NCBI GenBank assembly: GCA_902385655.1
Contig: CABMGO010000003.1
Location: forward strand, 112,456-176,455
DNA: 64,000 nucleotides
Reading direction: 5' to 3'
Source: an uncultured archaeon
GTDB taxonomy: Archaea; Nanobdellota; Nanobdellia; Pacearchaeales; GW2011-AR1
Shown here: piece after piece, positions 35,059 through 44,940 of the stretch
How positions within the stretch are numbered: position 1 is the first letter of the stretch
Layout: the number at the start of each line of letters is the position of its first letter
Made by a program: the position numbers and the translations under genes
Notes under the pieces: model-generated
Databases searched by the model: none
Told to the model about the DNA's origin: nothing
What the model saw: only the letters and a program-made list of their open reading frames with translations

Positions 35059-35700
35059 TTAGAAAACGTCTTCGGAAGTTAATTCTTTTGCTGGAGTTTC
35101 TGATGCTTCTCCACCTTTCTCTTTTAATCTTTTCAAAGCTGCACGAACATTTTTGTTCAATTGCTTCATAGATTCTTCTAATTGTTCCTTATTCTTTGTT
35201 CCAGTACATACAAGTTTTCCGTTGCTGAAAAGCAAGAAAGTTGCAGTTGGGTCTTCGAGTTTGTAAACTAAGCCTGGGAATTGTTCAGGTTCATATTCTG
35301 TATTTTCTAATTCCAAAGAAAGTGTGTTTAAGTTTAAGTCAAGATTGATACTTCCTGAAGCTACAATGTTTTGAACATTAATCTTTGGTTTGATTTTTAC
35401 ATGAACACCAATTTTCTTTAATTGTTTTATAACTTGATCAATGACTTCTCTGACTTGGGCAATAGATTTAACTCCAGTACAAACAAGATTTCCGGATGAG
35501 AAAACTAAAACTGCAGATTTAGGTTGTTTGATTCTTAAAACAAGTCCTGGAAATGTTTCAGGATTATACTCTGTATTTGGCTGTGTTCTTGCTAATTTTG
35601 ATAAAGAAACTTCTTCTTCAAGAGAGGTTGTAGCGACGATATTTTGAACTTTTAAAGAATCTTCAGGCTTCTCAACTTTTTTTGATTTTGCTGCTGCCAT
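35059..35700 (-). CDS. tbp: TATA-box binding protein
   Basis: Two TBP repeats (VQNIVATTSLEEEVSL...FPGLVLRIKQPKSAVLVFSSGNLVCTG and VQNIVASGSINLDLNL...FPGLVYKLEDPTATFLLFSNGKLVCTG) and an acidic tail. Confidence 0.95.
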   Translation of the reverse strand: MAAAKSKKVEKPEDSLKVQNIVATTSLEEEVSLSKLARTQPNTEYNPETFPGLVLRIKQPKSAVLVFSSGNLVCTGVKSIAQVREVIDQVIKQLKKIGVHVKIKPKINVQNIVASGSINLDLNLNTLSLELENTEYEPEQFPGLVYKLEDPTATFLLFSNGKLVCTGTKNKEQLEESMKQLNKNVRAALKRLKEKGGEASETPAKELTSEDVF

Positions 35701-35705
35701 TTCTA

Positions 35706-35730
35706 TTTATAAAGGGAGTGGCTTTATAAA
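35706..35730. promoter_or_regulatory. Two palindromic TTTATAAA boxes upstream of tbp
   Basis: TTTATAAA at 35706-35713 (5 nt from the ATG) and 35723-35730 (22 nt from the ATG), each within CTTTATAAA. Confidence 0.5.
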
Positions 35731-35804
35731 GGCTTTGGTTTGACCGAGATAATACTAATTTCCAAGATATAAATTCTTAAAAATAGCGAATATGTTTTTT
35801 TGAA

Positions 35805-36764
35805 ATGCTAGAAGAAAAAGTTAACTGGTTAATAACTCTGAGATGTAATGAAAATTGTAGTTACTGTTTTAGACCTGGTTCTGTGGAAGAATATCAGGAT
35901 AAAATTCTTTTTGCAAAAAAAATTGCTGATGCTAAACTCAAAAAAGTTACTATCTCTGGAGGCGAGCCAACAATAATAGAAGATTTACCCGAGATTCTAA
36001 AAATTTTGCATGATTCTGGAGCGTATGTAAGCCTTCACACGAATGGGAGATTATTAACTCCTAAACTTGTGGAAAGTTTTGGAAAATTTATTGATGATGT
36101 GGCGATTCCCGTGGATAGTGTCTATCCAGAAGTACAAAGAGAATTAAGGCCAAAGGGATCGGTAGAAATATTTGACAGAGCACATGATTTGCTTTTGTCT
36201 TCTGGAATTAATGTCGGAGTTCATACGGTTGTAACTCCATTAAATATACGAAAACTTAATTCTCTTTATAATCATGTAAATAAAAAAGATTTCAAATATT
36301 GGAAATTTTATCAGGAAGAAAATGCGGCTTCAAAATTTGGAGATTCTTCTTGTGATGTAGAGTCATTTTTGTCAGACTTTGTTTTAACATGGAGAAATAT
36401 GAAAAGAAGATTAAATGATCCTAGAGTTAGTTTTGTCGCAAGTCATAATCGCATGCCTTATGTTTTTCTTAAACCAAATGGAGAAATAAGCTATGTTGCA
36501 TGGTTTGAAGAGAAAATGCACTCTTTTGGAAATTTGGCTCGCGGAGATTTAAGAAAATTTTATGGAGAGATTGAGAAACATATAGGAAGCCAGAATGATG
36601 CTGACAAATTTTTCGAGGGCAGATGGTCTTTGCCATTATGGGTAAGATTGTCAGGTATAGAAACTGATCCAGAGTTATCTAAAATGCAATTAGATGGACT
36701 TACAAAGTCTGAAAGAAGAAAATTTTGGAGACTTGCACACGCCTATGAGGAAGTTGGGGAATAG
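35805..36764 (+). CDS. Radical SAM protein
   Basis: LRCNENCSYCF (CX3CX2C), ISGGEPTII, HTNGRLL. Confidence 0.75.
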   Translation: MLEEKVNWLITLRCNENCSYCFRPGSVEEYQDKILFAKKIADAKLKKVTISGGEPTIIEDLPEILKILHDSGAYVSLHTNGRLLTPKLVESFGKFIDDVAIPVDSVYPEVQRELRPKGSVEIFDRAHDLLLSSGINVGVHTVVTPLNIRKLNSLYNHVNKKDFKYWKFYQEENAASKFGDSSCDVESFLSDFVLTWRNMKRRLNDPRVSFVASHNRMPYVFLKPNGEISYVAWFEEKMHSFGNLARGDLRKFYGEIEKHIGSQNDADKFFEGRWSLPLWVRLSGIETDPELSKMQLDGLTKSERRKFWRLAHAYEEVGE

Positions 36765-36798
36765 CTAACGTTTTAAACCCATCAAAATTGGTATTTTT

Positions 36799-37644
36799 AT
36801 GAATAAGACAATAACTGAACTTTTGAATTTTGGAATAATTGTAATTGATAAACCAACTGGACCTACTTCATTTTCTATTTCGGATTATGTTAGAAAAAAA
36901 TTGAAATTGAATAAGACTTCTCATTTTGGAACTTTAGATCCAATGGTAACAGGAGTTTTGCCAGTTGCTTTGGGAAGAGCTTGTAGATTGACCGGTGTTT
37001 TTTTAGGACATGATAAAACTTACATCGGAATAATGCACACACATAAAGAGCAAGATATGAAAAATTTGCAGGAGATAATTAATAAAAATTTTATGGGAAA
37101 GATAATGCAACTTCCTCCAAAAAAATCAAGGGTTAAAAGAGCTCTACGTGAAAGAGAAATTAAGAGATTTGAACTTCTAGAACAATCTGAAGATAAAAAA
37201 GATTTCTTGTTTGTAACAGAAGTTCAGGGCGGAACATACATAAGAAAACTCTGTTCTGATTTGGGGGACATGATCGGAGGAGCACACATGGCCGAATTAA
37301 GAAGAACAAACGCTGGAATTTTTGACGAAGCTCAATGTGTTAAACTATATGATTTTGAAAAGGCAGTAGAGGAATATGAAAAGAATCCTGCGAACTGCAA
37401 GAAATTAAAAGAAATGATAATTCCTGCTGAAGAAGCAATAAAGACGATTCTTCCATGCTACGAAGTTAAAGAATTTGCGGTGTTTAAACTAAAGACTGGA
37501 AAACCTCTGTTCAAAAATGACTTATTAGACAAAATGCCTAGGGAAGAGAAATTTGCAATTTTCTTTAAGGAAAAGTTCGTCGGTATTTTTAGAAAAGTTT
37601 CTGATGGAGATATTATCGGCAAGGCAGAGTTTATTTTTAATTAA
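36799..37644 (+). CDS. cbf5: H/ACA RNP pseudouridine synthase Cbf5 (TruB family) with PUA domain
   Basis: IIVIDKPTGPTSFSISDYVRK...SHFGTLDPMVTGVLPVALGRACRL. Confidence 0.9.
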   Translation: MNKTITELLNFGIIVIDKPTGPTSFSISDYVRKKLKLNKTSHFGTLDPMVTGVLPVALGRACRLTGVFLGHDKTYIGIMHTHKEQDMKNLQEIINKNFMGKIMQLPPKKSRVKRALREREIKRFELLEQSEDKKDFLFVTEVQGGTYIRKLCSDLGDMIGGAHMAELRRTNAGIFDEAQCVKLYDFEKAVEEYEKNPANCKKLKEMIIPAEEAIKTILPCYEVKEFAVFKLKTGKPLFKNDLLDKMPREEKFAIFFKEKFVGIFRKVSDGDIIGKAEFIFN

Positions 37645-37710
37645 CTAACTTTATCTAAGTATATTTTAGAGAATAATAACCTTTTTATAACAAATCGAGT
37701 TCTGAATAGT

Positions 37711-39801
37711 ATGCCAGGTGACGATTTTGAGTTTAATTCGGGAGTAGGCGAATCAGAAGAAGAGGAAGCAATGCCTATTTTGGAAAATGATAAGGTCACT
37801 CAAGATGAGTTGATAATTGAGGCAAAGAATTTTTTTAACACTCAGAAAAAACAACTTGGTGAGAGTGCTAAGACTGGAGAACATGTAGTAAGAGTTGATT
37901 TTACGGAACTTTCTGAACAATCTCCTGAATTGGCTGAGAGAGTTATTATGAAACCAGATGACACTCTTAAAATCTTGGAAATCGCATTGCATGAGGGAGA
38001 TCTTGTTAAGGACGCGAGAGTCAGATTTACAAATTTAGCGAAAACGCAGAATGTTAAAATAAGAAATATCAGAGCAAAGAATCTTAACACTATGATTGCT
38101 ATAGAAGGAATTGTTCGTCAGGCTTCAGAAGTTAGACCTAAAGTAAGTAATGCGCGTTTCGAATGCCCTGCATGTGGGACTATCCACTCGGTTTTACAGA
38201 TTGATGAAAAATTTAGGGAACCTTCTAGATGTTCTTGTGGAAGAAGAGGTGGATTTAGGGAATTGGAAAAAGAAATGGTTGACGCTCAGAGATTAATAAT
38301 AGAGGAGTCTCCCGATGCACTTTCTGGAGGAGAACAACCAAAAAGAATGACCGTATTTTTGAAAGAAGATTTAGTAGAACCAAAAATGGAAGAGAGGACT
38401 ACTCCCGGTTGTAAAGTCCAAGTTATTTGTGTTTTGAAAGAAGTTCCTATTCCTCACAAGACTGGAGGTATTATGACTAGATTTGAGCTAGCTGTTGAAG
38501 CAAATAATCTCACCCCTATGGAAGAGAGCTTTGATGATGTAAAAGTATCAGACAAGGATGAAGAAGAAATTAGAGAACTTGCTGCAGACCCAAGAATTAT
38601 ACAAAAACTTGCAGACAGTATTGCACCATCTGTTTGGGGTTATCCTGAAATTAAAGAATCTTTAGCACTACAATTATTTGGAGGAGTACAAAAAAGAAGA
38701 TCAGACGGAACTCAGACAAGAGGAGACATTCACGTTTTACTTGTGGGAGATCCGGGAGTTGCGAAATCGGTTATGTTAAAATTCATTTCTGGAATTGCTA
38801 CAAAAGGAAGATACGTTTCGGGTAAATCGGCTTCGGGTGCGGGACTTACTGCTACAGTAGTTAAAGATGAATTTTTGAGGGGCTGGGCTTTAGAAGCTGG
38901 AGCGATGGTTTTGTCTAACAAAGGTCTTGTTTGTATTGACGAGTTGGAAAAAATGGATGAAAATGATAGGTCGACTATGCACGAAGCTATGGAGCAGCAG
39001 ACAGTTACTATTTCGAAAGCTAATGTTCAGGCAACACTTAGGGCTCAAACTGCAGTTCTTGCAGCTGCAAACCCGAAATTCGGGCGTTTTGATCCACATG
39101 AGATGATTGCAAAGCAAGTTAATCTTGCTCCTTCTTTACTTAACAGATTTGACGTTCTTTTTATCCTAAGAGATCTCCCTAGTAAAGAAAGAGACGAAAG
39201 TATTGCGGCACACGTTTTACAAGAACACAAACAAGATGTTCATAGAGATGTGATAGAAAAAGATCTTTTAAGAAAATACATAGCTTATGCAAAACAAAAG
39301 TGTCACCCGGTTTTATCTTCTGAAGCAGCAAATAAAATTAAACATTTTTATGTAAGCTTAAGAAATCAACCAGTTATCGGAGGAGACAGCGAAGCAATAA
39401 AACCAATTCCAATTTCTGCGAGACAGTTAGAGGCACTCGTGAGATTGGCGGAAGCAACTGCAAAAGCTAGACTCGGAAAAACAGTAACTGAGGAAGATGC
39501 TGTAAGAGCAATTAATTTGATGAGATATTATATGAGCCAGGTTGGTTATGACGAGGAAACAAAGAGTTTTGATATTGATAAAATTTCAGGAAATCCTGCT
39601 TCAAAGAGAAATAAAATCCACATTGTGAAAGAAATTCTGGAAGATTTGGAAAATAGACTTGGAAAATTAATTCCGGAGGAAGAAGTTGAGAAAGCATCTG
39701 ACGGAAAGATTACTGCAAGTGAGTTGGAAGAAGTAATGGATAAACTTGTTAGGGCTGGAGATCTTTTCAGACCTAGAAAAGGTTTTGTGCAAAGGATGTA
39801 A
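37711..39801 (+). CDS. mcm: MCM replicative helicase
   Basis: Zn finger CPACG...CSCG, Walker A IHVLLVGDPGVAKS, Walker B CIDELEKMD, arginine finger SLLNRFD, SARQLEALVRLAEA. Confidence 0.95.
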   Translation: MPGDDFEFNSGVGESEEEEAMPILENDKVTQDELIIEAKNFFNTQKKQLGESAKTGEHVVRVDFTELSEQSPELAERVIMKPDDTLKILEIALHEGDLVKDARVRFTNLAKTQNVKIRNIRAKNLNTMIAIEGIVRQASEVRPKVSNARFECPACGTIHSVLQIDEKFREPSRCSCGRRGGFRELEKEMVDAQRLIIEESPDALSGGEQPKRMTVFLKEDLVEPKMEERTTPGCKVQVICVLKEVPIPHKTGGIMTRFELAVEANNLTPMEESFDDVKVSDKDEEEIRELAADPRIIQKLADSIAPSVWGYPEIKESLALQLFGGVQKRRSDGTQTRGDIHVLLVGDPGVAKSVMLKFISGIATKGRYVSGKSASGAGLTATVVKDEFLRGWALEAGAMVLSNKGLVCIDELEKMDENDRSTMHEAMEQQTVTISKANVQATLRAQTAVLAAANPKFGRFDPHEMIAKQVNLAPSLLNRFDVLFILRDLPSKERDESIAAHVLQEHKQDVHRDVIEKDLLRKYIAYAKQKCHPVLSSEAANKIKHFYVSLRNQPVIGGDSEAIKPIPISARQLEALVRLAEATAKARLGKTVTEEDAVRAINLMRYYMSQVGYDEETKSFDIDKISGNPASKRNKIHIVKEILEDLENRLGKLIPEEEVEKASDGKITASELEEVMDKLVRAGDLFRPRKGFVQRM

Positions 39802-39860
39802 AGTCCAATAGAATAAATAATCTCATAAATCTTTAAAAATGCATCAAAATTAAGAGAACT

Positions 39861-40484
39861 ATGCCAGAAATGTTTGAGTCTGAACAAAAAAAGAGAAACG
39901 TAGCTTACAAGCTTAGAATTGGAGATGTTTTAAAATCCAAGCCAATAACTGCCGATGGAAGGTTTCTTTTCTTAGAAATGGGAGATAAAAAAATTAGCCG
40001 AGTTAATTTAATTGCAAATGTTGTTGACAAATATTTTAATGATGGTGAAAAGAAGTATGCATCTATTACTGTTGACGATGCTTCTGGACAAATAAAACTG
40101 AAAACTTTTGGAGAAGATATTTTTGTTTTGAAAGATGTTGTTCAGGGCGACACGTTGCAAATTATTGGAACTGTTAGAGAATACAACAGCGAACTTTATC
40201 TTTTACCGGAAGTTGTGAAAAAAGTTGATACAAAATGGCTTTTAGTTAGAAAATTAGAAATACAAAATTCTAGAAAAGATATTCCTTTGCCGACAAATGC
40301 TCCTGTAAGAGATTTAATTTTACAGAGAATAAGAGAAGCAGATAATTCTGGAGGAATAGAAGTTGAAAAGATTATTATGGACATTGAAGCTTCTCCTGAT
40401 TTGATAAACAAAGAGATTAAGAAATTTTTAGAAGAAGGAATGATTTATGAGCCAAGACCTGGGATTTTGAGGTACTTGGGATAG
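39861..40484 (+). CDS. OB-fold protein with C-terminal winged-helix (RPA32/Stn1-like, tentative)
   Basis: ISRVNLIANVVDKY...ASITVDDASGQIKLKTFGED...LQIIGTVREYNSELYL (OB pattern) and a C-terminal wHTH-like EIKKFLEEGMIYEPRPG. Lies directly after mcm. Confidence 0.5.
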   Translation: MPEMFESEQKKRNVAYKLRIGDVLKSKPITADGRFLFLEMGDKKISRVNLIANVVDKYFNDGEKKYASITVDDASGQIKLKTFGEDIFVLKDVVQGDTLQIIGTVREYNSELYLLPEVVKKVDTKWLLVRKLEIQNSRKDIPLPTNAPVRDLILQRIREADNSGGIEVEKIIMDIEASPDLINKEIKKFLEEGMIYEPRPGILRYLG

Positions 40485-40489
40485 ATTCT

Positions 40490-41029
40490 ATGAGTCACAT
40501 TAACATTGAAATAAAAGCGAAATCTACTAATCATGTGCACATAAGAGAAATTTTAAAATCTCTTAATGCAGAATTCAAGGGCATAGATCATCAAATAGAC
40601 ACTTACTTTAAAACTTCTCAAGGAAGATTAAAACTTCGCCAAGGTAATATAGAAAATAGTTTGATAGGCTATAAGCGAGAAAATCAAGAAGGACCAAAAC
40701 AGTCTGATGTTTTTTTGTATAATGTTGATCCAAAAGAAAGAACAAAATTGAAAGAAGCACTTGCGAGTACTTTGGGTATTTTAGTTGAGGTAGACAAGAA
40801 GAGAGAAATTTATTTTGTAGATAATGTAAAGTTTCATTTAGATAATGTAGAAGGTTTGGGAACATTTGTTGAAATTGAAGCGATAGACAAAGATCTGACA
40901 ATTGGAAAAGAAAACTTGCTTAGCCAGTGCAAAAAATATATGGAATTATTTGATATAAAAGATTCCGATCTTATTTCTGTTTCATATAGTGATTTGCTTT
41001 TAGAAAAAGCTCTTTCAAAAAGAAAATAA
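40490..41029 (+). CDS. CYTH-domain protein, class IV adenylate cyclase (CyaB)-like
   Basis: INIEIKAK (EXEXK), RLKLRQ, IGYKRE, VDKKREIYF, FHLDNVEGLGTFVEIEA. Confidence 0.8.
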   Translation: MSHINIEIKAKSTNHVHIREILKSLNAEFKGIDHQIDTYFKTSQGRLKLRQGNIENSLIGYKRENQEGPKQSDVFLYNVDPKERTKLKEALASTLGILVEVDKKREIYFVDNVKFHLDNVEGLGTFVEIEAIDKDLTIGKENLLSQCKKYMELFDIKDSDLISVSYSDLLLEKALSKRK

Positions 41030-41374
41030 TTAATTTCCGAAAGGTTTTCCTTGGGCGTGAGGTTCGGTCTGAGTTTCTCTAATCTTTCTTAATAAATCTA
41101 TTTGAGAATTTCTCGAAGGTTTAGCAGTTCTTTCTTCAAAAATTGCTTCAGTTACATCAATAACTAGAGGAAAAGTGCCGAAGCGAACTTTTCCCTCAGC
41201 AATTTCTTTTAAAACTGGATGTTTTTTGTAGACTTCTTCTCTTGTATCAAAGTGCCTATGTCTTCCAGGAGAATAATAAACAACTATAAATCCGCTTGAA
41301 TATTTACTTAAGATTCTGTCTCTATTTTCTGCCCAATAATCCCTCATCTCATTTAAGCTTTGAAGATGAACCAT
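41030..41374 (-). CDS. Hypothetical protein
   Basis: 114-aa ORF downstream of the MBF1-like gene. No motif recognised. Confidence 0.45.
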   Translation of the reverse strand: MVHLQSLNEMRDYWAENRDRILSKYSSGFIVVYYSPGRHRHFDTREEVYKKHPVLKEIAEGKVRFGTFPLVIDVTEAIFEERTAKPSRNSQIDLLRKIRETQTEPHAQGKPFGN

Positions 41375-41378
41375 AGAA

Positions 41379-42296
41379 TTATCTGCCTCTTGAGTCTCTC
41401 ATTTTCTTGAGTTCTGCAAGATCTTGGAGCTTAATATTGTCAAGTTTTTTTCTGTCTGAAAAATCAAAATCCTCTGATTCGATTTGGGTCCTAACTTGTG
41501 AAATTCGTTTATTGTGTTCTTCTTTCTTTTGTTCTTTAAGCTTTTCTACATCAATAACTTTGTGTTGAATTTCTCTTGGAGACTCGGCTTCTTGCGCCAT
41601 TTCTTTTCTTATGTCAGCTATATTTGTCGAGTCATAGTCTGATCTTAAGTCTGCATTCTCTTTTTCATCTTGATCTCTTTTGAAAAATGAAAAAATCCCT
41701 CTTTTCTTTTGTTCTGCAACTTTTTGATTTACTGAAGTAAGAATTTCTTTTTCTACCTCTTTTCTTTGCTCAGGCGTCCTATTTATTCTTGCAATAGGTT
41801 CATAATTTTTAATAATTTTTACATCCAAAACTTTTTCTATTTTTTCTACTACTTTCTCAAATCCTGTGAAGACCTGGCCAGATTCTAAAGATTCTAGTTG
41901 AGAACGATCAATACCTGCCATTTGGGCTAGTTGAGTTGTGGAGAGTTTTCTATGTCTTCTTGCCTGTTTTAAAACCCAGTCATAGTTTTGAACTAAATCC
42001 GTATGTTCTTGTTTCATTGAAGGAAACTTTAATTTTGCTAAATTTTTGTGGGCAATCATAGAATCTTTTGACATAATTTTTGCTTGGGGACTTGAAAGTT
42101 TCTCCATTAATTGTCTAACCGACTGTCTTTTTTCTGCTTCCTTGAGCTGCTCTTCAGTAGGTTTTTTTACCAGAGTTATCTTCTCGTTAACTGAACAGAA
42201 CCTACAGACCGGTCTAACTGATCCATTATAAATTCCTTCAAACAAAAGTGTATCTGCACCTGCTTTTCCACACACAGCACAATTTCCGCTCACCAT
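41379..42296 (-). CDS. MBF1-like protein: N-terminal Zn ribbon + XRE-type HTH + long K/E-rich tail
   Basis: CAVCGK...CRFC, then HTH RRHRKLSTTQLAQMAGIDRSQLESLESGQ. Confidence 0.65.
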   Translation of the reverse strand: MVSGNCAVCGKAGADTLLFEGIYNGSVRPVCRFCSVNEKITLVKKPTEEQLKEAEKRQSVRQLMEKLSSPQAKIMSKDSMIAHKNLAKLKFPSMKQEHTDLVQNYDWVLKQARRHRKLSTTQLAQMAGIDRSQLESLESGQVFTGFEKVVEKIEKVLDVKIIKNYEPIARINRTPEQRKEVEKEILTSVNQKVAEQKKRGIFSFFKRDQDEKENADLRSDYDSTNIADIRKEMAQEAESPREIQHKVIDVEKLKEQKKEEHNKRISQVRTQIESEDFDFSDRKKLDNIKLQDLAELKKMRDSRGR

Positions 42297-42352
42297 AGAT
42301 TCAAAAGAGGTGTAGTCTTTTTAAGGATTATTGGGGTAGAGTGTAAGATTAA

Positions 42353-43009
42353 TTAACCTAAAGTCTTCATTACTTTGTCCGCATCGTCATAAGAAAAAAC
42401 GATCTTTTCATTAACAACTAATAACACGCTTTCATTAGAACCAGGGTATTTCGAAGTTTGTTCATCAAGTTCTTTAATGCCTAAATTTTTAGCGATAGGT
42501 ATTAAGATTGTGCCTTTTCCTGGAAGATCTTTTAAGTCTGAAGTTATTCTTTCCATAACTCTTTGTTTTGCTATCTCCTCCGTAGTTGTAGCGGGATAGT
42601 TATATAGGTAGATTACTGTGTTGAATACATCGCTGCCACACATAGATTTTATACGGATACTATTAACCCAAAAAGAAGTTCTTAATTTGTCAAACTTTCT
42701 GTGTTCAATTGAAAGCTGATCTTTTGTAAATATCGCAGCATCCTCATACTCCTGAAATATCTTTGCTTGATTGTAGATTTCATTACCTAGTTCGAAATTT
42801 CTAGAAACCAGCTGTGAGCAGTTGTACTTTCCTAAGTTTGAGACATCTAGTTCTGAACCTAAGTCGGCAATTTCTTTTTCCACAGAAAGATAAGATGCAG
42901 TTAAGTAATTGTTTCTTGCTTTTTCAACACCGAGTCCAAACATAAACCCTACAGAAAATAACAGCATAGTCATAACTAAAGCCTCAATAAAATAATATCT
43001 ATACCTCAT
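42353..43009 (-). CDS. Membrane-anchored hypothetical protein
   Basis: N-terminal TM YYFIEALVMTMLLFSVGFMFGLGV. The ATG at 43009 makes an ATGA overlap with the GT2 stop. Confidence 0.5.
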   Translation of the reverse strand: MRYRYYFIEALVMTMLLFSVGFMFGLGVEKARNNYLTASYLSVEKEIADLGSELDVSNLGKYNCSQLVSRNFELGNEIYNQAKIFQEYEDAAIFTKDQLSIEHRKFDKLRTSFWVNSIRIKSMCGSDVFNTVIYLYNYPATTTEEIAKQRVMERITSDLKDLPGKGTILIPIAKNLGIKELDEQTSKYPGSNESVLLVVNEKIVFSYDDADKVMKTLG

Positions 43010-44232
43010 CGCCATTTTTTCTCTCCCTTCGCCCACTTGTATATAGACCAGATAATCATGAACGGATAAACAACCAAATAGAGAGTCATGTAAACTAAGA
43101 TCTCAAAACTATTTTCATTCCGAAGCAATTTGTCTTTCATTACAAATAACACAAACATAGTGAATATTAAAAATAAAACAAAAAGAGCAATTCCGAAATA
43201 GTTCAGAACTGTTGGTGTTATAGTTATCCCACTAAAGGAAACAATAGCAACTTTTGCACTCATCTTATATAGTAAGATTTCAATTTGGCCTAATGTCTTG
43301 CTAGCTAATAAAGCGAAAAATATAACTAGACCAAGAATTCCAATAATTAATCCAAATGCGAAAAAAGGAATAACAAAATAACCAAACATCCCTCTCTGAA
43401 ATATATACTTAAGATATTTTTTTAATACTTGAAAACCTCCAATCGTCCATCTTACTCTTTGAACCCACCAAGCCTTGAATCGGCTTGGCACAGTCGTGTT
43501 AACTTTTGCTGCCAGACACATTCTAATTTTCCAACCGTTCTTTAAGATATGCCAAGTAGATTCAATATCTTCGGTAAGATTTGTTTTATCAAATCCTCCA
43601 GTTTCTAGCAACGCCTTTTTTCTATAAACAGACATAGACCCTGGGACAACGTAAATCGAATCAATATACTCCAATAACTTTCTTGTGAAGGCAATTACCT
43701 TGTATTCAATGGTTTGTAATCTTTCTAGAAAATTATTCCTGTTCTTCGGAGTACACGCAGCGGTAACTGCTCCAACTTGCTTATCTGAAAAGTAGCCCAT
43801 CAAGTGAGAGAAGGCAGTTTTCTCAGGATAACTGTCTGCGTCGATTATTGCAATAAATTCTCCTTTTACATATTTTAATGCATAATTTAGACTATCGGCT
43901 TTCCCAGAATTTGCTTTGTCAATTATGACCAATTTTGGATATTGTTTCTTTAACGAATGCGCAATTCGAGAGGTGTTATCCTTGCTTCCGTCGTTAATAA
44001 CAATAACCTCTTTTATACCTCTATAGTTCGACTCAAAAACATGTCTTATTGTGTCAGCAATAGTTTTTTCTTCGTTGTATGCTGGAATTAAAACACTTAA
44101 AGAATAATTTTCAGTTAATTCTGGAATGTGAAATAATCTTTTTTTATTGTGTAGGTAAAGTAATAAAACTAAATTTAAAAAAAATAAAGATACAAACATA
44201 TAAAAAAAATAAACTCCTTCAATGAATTCCAT
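43006..44232 (-). CDS. Family 2 glycosyltransferase, processive synthase type (QxxRW) with C-terminal TM bundle
   Basis: VLIPAYNEE, VINDGSKDNT, IDADS, QRVRWTIGG. Multiple TM helices on either side. Confidence 0.8.
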   Translation of the reverse strand: MEFIEGVYFFYMFVSLFFLNLVLLLYLHNKKRLFHIPELTENYSLSVLIPAYNEEKTIADTIRHVFESNYRGIKEVIVINDGSKDNTSRIAHSLKKQYPKLVIIDKANSGKADSLNYALKYVKGEFIAIIDADSYPEKTAFSHLMGYFSDKQVGAVTAACTPKNRNNFLERLQTIEYKVIAFTRKLLEYIDSIYVVPGSMSVYRKKALLETGGFDKTNLTEDIESTWHILKNGWKIRMCLAAKVNTTVPSRFKAWWVQRVRWTIGGFQVLKKYLKYIFQRGMFGYFVIPFFAFGLIIGILGLVIFFALLASKTLGQIEILLYKMSAKVAIVSFSGITITPTVLNYFGIALFVLFLIFTMFVLFVMKDKLLRNENSFEILVYMTLYLVVYPFMIIWSIYKWAKGEKKWR

Positions 44233-44903
44233 TATTGAATGTTACTTTCTCTATTTACTTCTTCTTTTTCTTTTATTTCTTCAAATTCTTTCTCGCGGTT
44301 TGCATTTGTAACTTTTTCTTGTTTGTCGTTTTTACGTTCATCACTCAAAAGCGAATCGCTCGTTTCATCATCCTCTCCGGTAATTGTTTTTTTCTGAACA
44401 CTAAAATATTCATAGAATTCTTCAGATAAATTTAGGTCATTTGTATGGCCTACTTTTTTGGATTGAACTAGACCCAGCTCGACAAATTTTTTAATGTGGT
44501 CGTAAGCTTTATTCCCTCGGATTTTTATAACGACTGATTGTTTTATCGGCTGTTTGTATGCAATAACTGCGAGTGTTTCTTGCTCGGCTTTTGTAAATTC
44601 TGTGCTTCCTGTTGCAAGTTTATTTACCATATAATTATATTTTTCAGCGACGTCCATTTTCCAAGAATTATTTCGATTTACAATTTGGATTGCTCCGATT
44701 GCATGTTTCTTTTCAAGTCTTTTTAGAATTTCTTTTAGCATAATCGGATTTATGTCAGTAAGCATAATTAACTCTTGTACATTTAGAAACCTTCCAGAAA
44801 TAAAAAGAGCCGCTTCAACTTTTTCTTCTGCCTCCCTTTCTTTCTCGTCAAAAAGATTGTCCATCTGTTCGGCTGTCTCACCACTAATTATAGGTTCTGC
44901 CAT
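44232..44903 (-). CDS. scpB: Segregation and condensation protein B (ScpB)-like
   Basis: VEAALFISGRFLNVQELIMLTDI... and LAVIAYKQPIKQSVVIKIRG (two wHTH), acidic tail. Confidence 0.7.
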   Translation of the reverse strand: MAEPIISGETAEQMDNLFDEKEREAEEKVEAALFISGRFLNVQELIMLTDINPIMLKEILKRLEKKHAIGAIQIVNRNNSWKMDVAEKYNYMVNKLATGSTEFTKAEQETLAVIAYKQPIKQSVVIKIRGNKAYDHIKKFVELGLVQSKKVGHTNDLNLSEEFYEYFSVQKKTITGEDDETSDSLLSDERKNDKQEKVTNANREKEFEEIKEKEEVNRESNIQ

Positions 44904-44940
44904 AAATTATTGAAGGAAAATGGGTTTTTAAGCAATTTGT

